From positions 14,446,001 to 14,510,000 of the forward strand of contig OZ316776.1 in the NCBI GenBank assembly GCA_973851085.1: a stretch of DNA of 64,000 nucleotides, read 5' to 3'. Source of the stretch: Ptychomitrium polyphyllum. Lineage: Eukaryota. This document shows positions 12,700-23,942 of this stretch, one piece after another (position 1 is the first letter of the stretch; each line of letters begins with the position of its first letter). The position numbers were made by a program, and so were the translations under genes. The notes beneath the pieces are model-generated. The model did no database searches. It was not told where the DNA came from and saw only the letters and a program-made list of their open reading frames with translations.

Positions 12700-15600
12700 A
12701 ATTCCTTTCTAGAGGCATGATATTCAGGTCACAAACGACATGATTTGAGTGCTTTTGGGAAGGAGCGATCGATGGCACTATAATGATTGTTTCTTCAGCT
12801 TCTTCAACAGCTTCTTTAACAGCTTCTTTGGAAATATAAACATCCACCATCTTGGATGTTATACAACTCATACCGGGTTCCCAAATTTTCCAGCAAAGCC
12901 TGTCCCTTATTATATTGATCTCATATTTCGAGACTATTAGGGCTGGTCTAGGTACTGCCTTCCAGTACTTAGCTCTAAGAGCCATGGTGTGATCAGACAA
13001 GTCTCTTGAAAGTGGCTACTTACAGCAACGATTCCTGAGAAGTTAAATTTACAGTTGAGAGCTCAATTGAGACGTTTGATTACGAGTAAGGCTTGTCAAT
13101 GTTCAATCCTCTGAAGCATCCTTCGTACAATTGGCCACTAGAAGAATTTTTCTTGGTCGGTCAGGATAGCGGTCTTGTCACACAATACAAATGCACCAGA
13201 ACCATGACTACTTTTTTACCCTGGACTTAACTTACATGAGTGGGAGCTCAACGCTGGCAGCATTTCCAAAACCACTAATTCATGCAAGCAGGGCACAAAA
13301 CTGCATCTCACAATACTCGCTCCTGTGAACAACACTCCGTTTCCCAACCCACTCTAATGGTTCAACTGTATACATCACAATCTCAAATGCAACTTGGATA
13401 GCAAGGCTGGCATTTAGTATCGAGTAAGGTGGGCACTTAGAGTATGTCTAGTTGGCCCAGCATAATTGCACATTTGTAGTACTCGTCACGCAGAACTAGT
13501 GAACCAGTGGTGTTATTGTAGAATTCAGAGTCATATAGGTTTAAAAAGGATTTGTTACAGCTACAAACCACATAGCTGAACTTCAAGGACAGTTCGCAAT
13601 AAAAATCAATTATGTCTATTACAAACAATAATATTTAGTAAATATCCGCATACAATTTTAGTGACCGTTGTAGGTACAATTTCCTTAGAATGCCAGAAAG
13701 TTAGCTAAAATGGAAGATACTGGTAATTTGCAACCTCTGAGCAGAATGAGCTGAGTCAGTGGGTCTGTATGGAGGTGCCGGTGCTTGAGAAAAACTTTCG
13801 CAACCTCCAGAGATGTGGCAGCATTGCAAATCCTCTGTACCAATAGCATAGATATCAGAAAGCCCAGAAAGAGGGCCAAATTGGCCACGAATTTAACTGG
13901 TACCTGCCGAGCAGGTGCAGGGATCTGACAATTGGTCATGGCCAAGGTCCAGTAGGAAGATTCTTCCGTCTCCAGGCTGAGTTCTGCATATGCAAGACTC
14001 ACTGGTTAGTTAAGTTCAATCTTCATAACAAATTATTTAAGGACACCAAGTTCTTGTGAGCTTGGTGATTGTTATGCTATAGATTTGATACTTTGGAACC
14101 ACCAAAAATTATGAATAGTGAGTCAGTTTGTAACTGGGAGTTGACTATGCAGGTGTTATCATTTGTTGACTAAGCTTTAAGTGTAAGAAGTACAAGAACT
14201 TGGTCTAGGATGGACTTCTAATTGAGTACACCCATTTTTAATGAAAGCCATGAAGAAAAGATAAAAGTTCTCTTTAGTGAGTGAACAATTCATGCCTTAC
14301 TTTACATTTTTTTTATAATAAGAGGAGACCTGCACCCCTTGGTACATCAAAATTTTATCAATAAATATTTTAGAATACTCAAATTTTTGGAGTCAAAACT
14401 TGAAATCAATATCATTAGAAGGATATTGAAAAATCACCTAAAAATAAACTTAAGAAATTGTGATTTATATTTTGGACAATTAATATGATTCACTTCAATA
14501 ATTTTGGCTCTTTCTTATTTGTAGTGGTAGCACTGCTACCAAAAGAAGCAGTTTGGCCTCAATCAATGGAGTTCCCAGCATAATTGTGTAAAAGCAAGAA
14601 TTGTTGACAAGCCCCCTAACTATTTGAAGATAGTGAATATAAGGTATGGTGTAATTTGAAGAAAATTTAACATCTTTATCAAAATGTAATTATAGAAGCA
14701 ACTTGATGAGTACTACTAAAAGATTTCATTTGAACCTTTAAATTATTTGTTCAAAACTCACAAGGACTTTTTTCCATGGAATTTTTTTAATGACCAATCA
14801 CAATATAACATTCTATATGGACTCATTTTCTACTTCCTACTATGAATTGGATTTCAATTAAACACTTATGGATGCTTGTGGATCCTTTTTTATTAAAATG
14901 TTTGAAAAAACTTTATAAGATAGATTATCTTTAAAACTAGATTTGATTTCATGAAATAACTCTTGGTTATAAAGTGAATTATCTCCAATATAGAATGTCA
15001 TAAGTCCACCTTCCAAAGAATTGTTCAAATCAATTACTAGTACCAAACCTTAAATAGCAATGTTTGAACCCTCCATATCATTTAATAGCTGTGGGGAATC
15101 TGATCCACTATTAATAGGCTATAATTTAGCCCGCACGTAACTGTGCATTACATGAAGCAGGAAACAAATAGGACCAGGTGTTTTTGCTAAAGAATGGTAC
15201 GTGGTCTATCACTGCGTTGCCATAGCAGCATGACCGCTGAATTAACTTGAAGTCTCCTTAAGTGCTGACACCTACGTTCTGCACTCCGAAGACTAGGGGT
15301 AACCGTTTTGATCCTACACCAACGAAATTCAATCTGGCATTAATGCTCTGGTTTTACTCAGTGATTTGTGCACTTCGTACCAGCAGAATGAGCTTTTATG
15401 GTGCAGAAGATATTTCGTAGAGTACTTGCATAGGAACTTCTCAAAGAAGTGACTTGGTGGATCGAGAAGAACGTTTGTATGTCACAAATATCCGCAGCGG
15501 GAGGAGAACAATGTTTGTCAATCACATACTTGTAAACATGCAAGCAGGAGTTGGACAAGGCAAGCATAATCAAAATTGACCAAAGCAATTAGCGATATCA

Positions 15601-17519
15601 TCTATGCCAGCATTGATCGTGGCATGTGAATGGCTGGCTGTTAGATGTAGTTGTTCAACCTTCCAAAATTAAGGCAGAAGCTGTTGCGTCCATGAATCCA
15701 TCATTTCGTAGCTTTCTCTTCCTGAGACATTTGGATGGTGATTTTTATTTCATCAGTATATTCAAGGAACAGTGCAAAAAACCGATCAATCAACCACCGA
15801 AAGATGTATACCGTATGAACACATCCACAACGGCACACGCAGACACCTCACAAGTGAACTAAATGGGCCGCGCCGTTGAGACTGATATTGATCGGATGAT
15901 TGCTTACCATTCCCATAAGCTACTAGTGATACAATGGATCTCCCCCAAGTGCGTAACTTACTTTGGACGTCTAGAACGGCCACCGTAGCGGGAGAGTCTC
16001 AGTAGCAGGACATGTATCATCCTTATTAAACGGGAATTGCCACCTGTCCGTCAGATACGTATATATTCGTGCCAGCTCGCTGCAAGTGTAACATTTCTGT
16101 ACGTGTAAGTGCCAGATCGCTTGCAGGATCGTTTAGTTCTGCCCCTGAAATATAAACAATACTTAATCAATCCGAGCCAGGTCCGGAGTGCTCCCTCTAT
16201 CTGACGTTGAATCATGTCATTACAACTATACCAGAGTAGCTCTTCTTAGCTGTCTGCTGCCTGATGCATGCTGAAGACTTCAACCTATCAATAACCGACA
16301 ATAACTAATCTACAAATTTTGTTTGTACATGATGATCTAGTACTACCGTGAATTATTTTTCTTTGATTTTAGGACGTTATAGTACTTCTGGTATGCTCTT
16401 CCAACTTCCCAGATTCAAAGCACGCCTGCAGTAGTCAATCTACACGTATCAACTTTTCTTAATTCCTTGTGCATAATGAGTAACTTGGTAGCTCACTTAA
16501 CGCTAAAACAATTGGTCGCAGATTGAGACGCAGAAACCATAAAGAATCAATGCTCATCCATATTTACATGCCAATCCCCGACGTCTTGCAGCGTCTATCG
16601 AGGCTTGCGTTGGTGCTTTTGCAGTTTATGACTACACCCTTATAGTTCTTGTTAAATTGCTTATCATTGCACGTTTGGCCTTTAATCACATATTTATGTA
16701 TACTGCCAGCTCACTAATTCATGCAAGAGCATCTCCACCCAACTCATCATAGAGCTTGCTTTAAAATTTGAATTATTTCTCCTCCCTTGTCTGAGTGGAG
16801 ACATTCAATGCAGAGAAACAGAAAATACATCCTATCATGAACCACTCTTTCCCAGTATTTAAACAAGCTACCTTGGCGGTTGTAGTTGAAGCAATCAATT
16901 TCTAGTTCACGACCATGTAGATAGCAAAATAAGCATCCATGATGGTAGTTGAGGCAATGACTACGTTTATAACAATGATTATATCCTGCTGCATGCTTTG
17001 TAGATGTACTATATTCTAAAAAATTTGATTTAAATAAATAAAATAAAAATATATATACAGTAACTTCATAATGTGTGTATTGAACCAAATACTACAGCTG
17101 TTCTATATTCGATAGGTCATTCATTTGCTGTTGTAACGTTTTTAGGTGACCCCTTTAAATATCTTCTTTCAAAGGAATAATTCCAACATTCAAATATGTA
17201 ATCCCATTTTCAAAATTCTTTTTAATTAAAGTTTGAAGAAGTTTGTTCAACAAGTCATCAAACTAAATTCAGATCTTCATATACTCATTAGTACATATCT
17301 TTGTTACCATTATTGTAAGTTGCCAATTATATCTTTTTTTATAATTACAAATGAGTTACAAAACTCATTGTAAACAAAGAAACTTATTGTTGATTTTTAA
17401 CTTTGTAAGGTTTGAGTTGCTTGTAACTGGGTTTGACTGGTAAAGAATGTTATGCTTCTACCTAAGAGAGTATGAAGAGTTTCATAATTTGTTTTAATAT
17501 CCTTAGACACAGATCAAAG
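12700..17519 (+). pseudogene. Possible decayed ectodomain/TM part of an LRR receptor-like kinase pseudogene
   Basis: Scattered LRR-like fragments broken by stops and frameshifts: CFWEG (~12750), GLV*VLPSS (~12940), IPEKL..LRRL (~13035), GTISLECQKV (~13675), LVKFNLHNKLF (~14010), FLRHLD (~15720), plus a TM-like stretch at ~16940-17000. All lie upstream of a clear kinase remnant. Confidence 0.4.
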
Positions 17520-17705
17520 AGGAAAGCAACAACTTGTCTGGCTAGTAATAAATGCTTGGAGGTGGCCCAGGGCTTACAGTACCTGCAAGCATGATCTGCT
17601 CCACCAATTGCTATCCTAGCACAATGTACTTATCGCCAGCAACATTCAGTTGGACCAAAATTTACAGTCGAAGATTGCAGATTTTGATTTGGCACTGTTT
17701 GCACA
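17520..17705 (+). pseudogene. Receptor-like kinase catalytic-domain remnant (subdomains VIa-VII)
   Basis: CLEVAQGLQYLQA*SAPPI, then a frameshift, then HNVLIASNIQLDQNLQSKIADFDLALF. Compare the RLK consensus GxAxGLxYLH...PxIIHRDIKASNILLD...KIADFGLA. There is a stop at 17592, and HRD and DFG are both damaged. Confidence 0.8.
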
Positions 17706-17806
17706 GCGTGGTCTGCTTGCACAGTGACTGAAGCAGTCAAATATGAGCTTGTAGTAAGGAGTTCCCAGATTTAATTTCAGTTTTAAAATGGAATAACAGA
17801 AGAGTA

Positions 17807-17846
17807 ACCTGCAGTGTTCTGTACCTGCAGTGTCCTGTACCTGCAG
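17807..17846. repeat. 16-bp tandem repeat, 2.5 copies (acctgcagtgtYctgt)
   Basis: Copies start at 17807, 17823 and 17839 (partial). Confidence 0.85.
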
Positions 17847-18065
17847 GTTTCAAGCCTAAAATGCTGTGATGTCCTCGATGTAGTTACGCATTTGTTAAGT
17901 GCAAGTCATTCTGCTAATTGCAATAATATAGCAGCTGAATGTTCAAAGGGCGGATGAATCAGTTAGGCTTGACATTCTAGCCATTTCTCACCACGAACTT
18001 TGTTTCTAACGCATTGTGGTCTACATGCTTATCAACACAACCTGTGCATTATACTTGCATGTGCA

Positions 18066-20240
18066 ATGGGTAATTTGCCAAGGGACTTAGACGGCAGCAT
18101 GACCCGAATCGGTGGCGTGCAGCTAGATACAGGACTCGACAAATCGCTCAAACTCGTCCGCAAGTCCATGAATGTTGCGCTCGGGGCAAGATTACTGAGC
18201 TTCAAGGGGATGGAATCGCCTCTCAAGGATTTCAAGAGCAGGACAGTATTGCCCCTTGTTTTGGTCACCATTGCGCAAACTGCAGCATATCTCTGGCATA
18301 ATGGGCCACTGCTTGCTCCTCTGGTGGTCAACCCGAATGCCAACTTCTGCAAAAGCAATATATCAAGCGAGTTTTTCGGGAAGACAGCTGTGGCCATGGT
18401 CTCGCTTCTCCTGGCCATAGTGCTGGCTTGCTATTTGTATATGGGTTCACCACACATTTATCTTATCGATTACGCGTGCTTCAAGCCCGCGGATGAGTGT
18501 AAGATGACGAACGAGCGCTTCCTCGAGTTGGGGGAGAAGTCGAAGTGTTTCACAGAGAAAAGCCTCGAGTTTCAGAAAAAAATCTTGGCCAGCTCCGGTT
18601 TAGGTCCCGAGACGTACATTCCCTTGTCCTTGCACGCGGACCCAACTGATTTCTCCCTTTCGACGTGCATGAAGGAGGCCGAGACGGCTCTCTTCAGCGC
18701 CGTGACGGAGCTGCTGAAGAAAACAGGGGTGAAGCCCACGGAGATTGGAGTACTCGTGGTGAACTGCAGCACGTTTTGCCCCATTCCGTCCATGTCGGCG
18801 ATGGTGGTGCACCACTTCGGGTTACGGGAGGACACAGAGACGTACAACCTGGGCGGCATGGGGTGCAGCGCGGGCGTGATCGCCATCAACTTGGCACAGG
18901 ATTTGTTGAAAGTGCGCAAGAACACCTACGCCGTCGTGCTAAGCACGGAGATGATCAGTGCGTATCAGGTGTACAGGGGCAACGACCGCTCCATGATGGT
19001 CGGGAACTGCATCTTCCGCTGGGGTGCTTCCGCAACCCTCATGTCAAACAAGCACAGTAAGTCTTCCCCACCTCCAGTTATTCCAATGTAAACCTGCACA
19101 TTCCGCAGATGAAGGAGAATTTTCATGCCCTGTTTTTTCTCAGTGGCAAGGTCCACTTCAAGATGGACATGTACTAGCCATATCATGACAACATACAATA
19201 TTGCTGGAACCAGGTGAGTTTACACTAGAGTATTGCCACTTTAGTTCCTCTGAACGTTACTGTTTATATACAATAAAGGGCATTTGAATGGGTCCCTAAA
19301 GTTCTCTTTAGCCGAATTCGGAGATTGACAAAAGATATGTTTTTATATGGATGAATCCTTCGGAGCCCTGTCTTTGATCCGTGGCGGTGTCCACTTTGTA
19401 TTATCAGATTGAACTTGTTTATGAAATTATCTGTGAGAATCTATAGATTGAAAACTTGGTGAGGTTTAAGGTTTACAGTGTCAAAATAAGGTTATTTACA
19501 ATTTGAGAGGGTCTAGAGCAGAGCACAACCTGTCTTAACCCTACAATGTGCATTCAGCTAATACGGCAATATTCTGTGCCACCAATCCAGAGGATAGGAG
19601 GAGAGCAAAGTACAGCCTTCTGCACGTAGTCAGAACGCACCAGGGCGCCAACAAGCGGAGCTTCGAGTGCGTCAAGAGCTTCCAAGACACCGCAGGCAAC
19701 CCAGGCGTTTCACTCTCAAAAGAGCTCATGGCAGCGGCGGGCGACGCTCTGAAATCCAACATCACAACACTCGCCCCCAAGGTCCTCCCCGTCACGGAGA
19801 AGCTGAAATTCGCGACCAACTTCATCGCCCGCAAACTGCGCTTAAACCCTAAGCCCTACACCCCCAACTTCCACTCTGCCATCGACCACTTCTGCATCCA
19901 CCCCGGTGGCAAGGCGGTCCTGGACGGGATCGAGAAGAACCTCCGCCTCTCTGAGCATCATATGGAGCCCTCCCGCATGTCGCTCCACCGCTTTGGCAAC
20001 CAGTCGTCCAGCTCCATCTGGTACGTTCTGGCGTACATAGAAGCCATGCACCGCGTCCGCAAGGGCGACATCGTGTGGCAAATTGCGCTGGGGTCCGGCA
20101 TCAAGTGCAACAGCGCGATCTGGAAATCCCTCCGCAGCGATCAGCTCCGCGATCGAAGCTGCGAGAATCCCTGGCTCGACTCCATCCACAAATATCCAGT
20201 CGCCCTGCCTCGACCTCCAGCTCCAGCACCAAAGTCCTAA
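18066..20240 (+). CDS. KCS: 3-ketoacyl-CoA synthase (FAE1/KCS-type VLCFA condensing enzyme), about 546 aa, 2 exons
   Basis: Exons 18066-19056 and 19591-20240 (intron GTAAGT...CCAG) join as SNKH-K-DRRRAKY. Motifs: YLIDYAC, SGLGPETY, LVVNCS, NLGGMGCSAG (catalytic Cys), FCIHPGG (His), HRFGN (Asn), WQIALGSGIKCNSAIW, NPW. The start codon could be one of the later ATGs. Confidence 0.94.
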
Positions 20241-21653
20241 CTCACGGCGCCAAACCTTATGTTTAGCCTGATCGTGTCTAATAAAGGCCTGCATTCGGTC
20301 TTCTGGAGGTTGTAAGAACCGGTAGATAGTGTCGCTTTCGTGCAGAGTGCTAGTCTTGTGTCTCTTCCCTTCTTCCGTTGCTCCCCGCTCGTCTCTGCTG
20401 AATTCACCTAGCATCTGTTGTGAGGGATATGTACACCCAAAGGTATCACTGTTCAAAAGACCACCGTTACCTACGAGTGGCCTGCATTTCGGTCGATAAG
20501 CGTTGCGTTGGTTTTTGTGATGGATACGTCCCTTGCTCTTTGTATTCGGGTGGTTTTTCTTGCCGACGAAAGGAAGGCAGGCAATGAATTGAATCCAATT
20601 TGTTCAAGGGATTGGGGTGAATCTAGAGTTCATGTGACAGTTACATTCTTGGCTTCAGTTTGCTTTTCTCACTCCCATTCAGGCTACAATTTCCATTTCT
20701 TGATTAACTTGAGAATCTAGTAGGTTCCTAACTTGTTCAATATCTTTTATCTGAAGTTCAAGTTTTTATAATTTAGCAGTTCGTTTATCATTTTAGGATT
20801 TAGAATGTAGTATTATAATAGTCTGTATGATTAGTTTAAATCATAAGTGGGATTTAAAGTTATATTAACTTGTAGGTGTTACAACAATTCTATTCATTTA
20901 TATCTAATGGATGTGAACGTAACAATCTTTTGCTAAATGACCCTGCATCATAATCAATATTATAAGAATAATATTTCACTATTTTCCAAGTATTATACTT
21001 TGTTAAATATTGTCTATGGTAAAGTGTGTGGCCAAATTGCTCTAAATAGAAGTAATATGGAATCATGTGGCTAAAAAATATTATGAATATAAGACAAGGA
21101 AAAGATAGACACGTAATTTATGTCACTCCTTTTAAGGGAATTCAATTTTTTTTTAATATTGAATGTTACATTTCAAATATGCAGCATTGGCATTGAAATA
21201 TGTGCCAAATCCTTTGGAAAAGGTGAAATGGTGTTTTCTTAAAGAATATTTCAAAAGTTATGCCAAAATGCAATAGAATTTTTAAAATATACAGTATTAT
21301 ATATGTTCCTCATAATATTGTCTTTTACAAAAAGAAATCTCTAAACAATTTCTTTTGAAGGTATAATGTAAGGTCTTGTAAATTAAAAAAAATCTTTAAA
21401 AGTGATTTTTTGAAAATTGAATAAGTATCTATGCCAAATTACTCAATCTGATGAACACACAGCTACATACCTTTCATCATTTATTACCTATTATCTACAT
21501 TCCAAAATGAGATGTTCAAGGTTTGAATTGCTTCACTTGTTTGAAAATGCCATGGATTTGAATATTAAGTTCAAAAAGTTGTAATCTAAAATGATTGCTT
21601 TAAAAATAAGTTCACATTTGATTGGTTAGTTTCACAACTCTATTATTAAATAT

Positions 21654-21864
21654 TTTGATGAAAGTCCTCAAAATTTATACACCAGTTTTTGTTCTTATAG
21701 CCACTAACTACGTAATGCATGCATGATTTGATGAAAGTCCTCAAAATTTATACACCAGTTTTTGTTCTTGTAGCCACTAACTACGTAATGCATGCATGAT
21801 TTGATGAAAGTCCTCAAAATTTATACACCAGTTTTTGTTCTTGTAGCCACTAACTACCTAATGC
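21654..21864. repeat. 73-bp tandem repeat, about 2.9 copies
   Basis: Unit tttgatgaaagtcctcaaaatttatacaccagtttttgttcttRtagccactaactacgtaatgcatgcatga starts at 21654, 21727 and 21800, with near-identical copies. Confidence 0.95.
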
Positions 21865-22740
21865 TAGATGGTCTTGACAGTGAGAAATAACTTTATAATA
21901 AAGGTATGAAACCATGTTAAGAAAACCATGACACACATTAAGGGCCATTTCTAATGTTTTGTTTGAATATTAATTTTTACAACTATTGCCTAATATATAA
22001 ACGTTAAATGTAGCCAACTCGAGGCATGAAGTATTATATTTCAAGATATATAAGTATTTAAAACATAATATCCTTGAGATAGCTAAAATAACTCCGTATT
22101 GATTATTATCTATATTCACGTGCTCTAGAATTTCCTAGGAAGTGTCTTCCGGGCAAGCGCAAGAATTCATCTGCTGTTGCAGGAAATCGCAGCGACCTGC
22201 TTCATTGCCAGTAGTATAATTCTGTCCGTGCTCAGCTAGCAACTCTTGCATCTGCACGGAAATCACTGTCGACGGTGCAGCGTTTAGGATGTATCATGAT
22301 GGAAATGTCTGAGATTAGCGCTTACAGGACTTACTAGAACACAAATTATATTCCGATGTTCTACATGGCAATATAAACTTCGAAACTTGGAGATCTACGA
22401 TTCCTAATTCTAACCTCAAGCCCACATCTTAACAATAAAGCAATGCACCCAAAGTTCATAATGGTTTCAATTTCCCCAAAAAGTAAAGCTCACAGATAAG
22501 CTATGACTATCTTGCTTCAGCTCAAAATGATATAAAGTTTTGAGCCAGTCACTACGTACATCGCTTATTTTACCAATGTAGCATTACAATATTAACAGTC
22601 TTCAAGGACCTGCATCGACACACTCAATCTACTAGGATCAACAACTGGCAGATACTTCAGAATATCTGCCATGGACTGGATCTCGCAGCCTCCTATCACA
22701 TCTCAAGGTGCAGCGATAAGGATGAATACAGTCTTGAAGT

Positions 22741-23942
22741 TTACAAGTCTTCACGGATCTGAGCGAGCTTGGTGATGTACTCTGCTTTGGCTTCATCCTT
22801 ACTTTTCCCTAGAACACGGACGTTCGAAATGTAAGTTCCGTAGGAAATAAAATATTTAGTCGTAATTTCATTGAACATTTACTGCAAAATTTACAGGCTC
22901 AAAATTCGACATCAAAGTGGGCACACTGGAGATTTAGTTGCGACAAAAACTCGACAATGAAGCTCCCATTTTACCTTCAAAAAGCTTCCATGCTCTGTAT
23001 TTTGCGTTGGCTGTGATGTTTAGCATTCCTGGGTCCTCTGCACATGTGAAATATAAATTTTGAAGATATTTTTAGATCTTCTGCAGAGTAAATAGGCCCA
23101 CAGAAACGTCTACCTTGCTAAAGCGGCAGCAGTAGTGGAAGAAACAGGGTATGAGAAATCTCAGCACAATGAAGACCTCGATTTACTTTTTAAGGTGATA
23201 TGGTTTTAAAACAGGATCATGACTTAAGTTGTGTCCTCCTTTCAGCTTTCAGATTAGAGAGCACATACCAATGTTGCACTTGCCAATAGTGGCAGTCTTG
23301 AAAAGACCATACAACGTGAGCTTGTCCATGTGATCAATAGAGTCTGGAATCTCCTTAGCTTCCACCACAGCCTTCTGAAACTCTTCCTGCATTCCAAGCA
23401 ACATCATCAATTTAAGAAGTGCTAATTCGTTAGCTTTAATCAATCATATTTACAGAAATACTTTCTCTTGAAGAGAGGATCACGTGGCTTTGGAGAAGAA
23501 GGAGCAAGAACTTCTCCTCACCTCAAGCTTATCAGTGTGATTGACAAAGTCAGGAATATCCTTTGCCTCCTTTGCCGGAGTAGTAACAAGCTTCTGAGAC
23601 CCATTCTGCAATGTAAAGACGGAATCATCTTCAAGGTCAGACACAGTGGCTCCTCAAACTTTCTCTTTTGTAAAAAGCTGTAGATTGAGGAAGCCTGATA
23701 GACATTCAACTGTAACACAAATTAACCTCATATTAGATAGACCAGCTACTACACACCAATGCCCAAGACAAGCAAGCCATGAGCTTGAAAACCAAAACAT
23801 CAACCGATACCCTAACAGTGGAAGATAATAGCCTCGTGATACGAAGTCTTTCAGAACATTAGTACAGCCTGAACTCTGAAGACTCCACTTCTCAGAGCTT
23901 TGTCATGCATCTTAGATTGAAAATCTTTACCTCCAACTCCAT
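22741..23942 (-). CDS. ACBP: Small acyl-CoA-binding protein (class I ACBP-like): 114 aa with the optional exon, 86 aa without
   Basis: GT-AG exons 23942-23931 (MELE), 23605-23522 (optional), 23386-23269, 23037-22975 and 22808-22741 give EEFQKAVVEAKEIP...DKLTLYGLFKTATIG...DPGML...AKYRAWKLFEGKSKDEAKAEYITKLAQIREDL*. Confidence 0.88.

Noticed and set aside
18000..19091. KCS as two separate ORFs (363 aa and 230 aa) or as a pseudogene
   Set aside because: A canonical GT-AG intron at 19057-19590 joins them in frame.
19842..20456. 204-aa minus-strand ORF
   Set aside because: Antisense shadow of GC-rich KCS exon 2.
21654..21864. CRISPR-like array (also considered for 37371-37520 and 2655-2900)
   Set aside because: Head-to-tail repeats without unique spacers, no cas genes, and a eukaryotic context.
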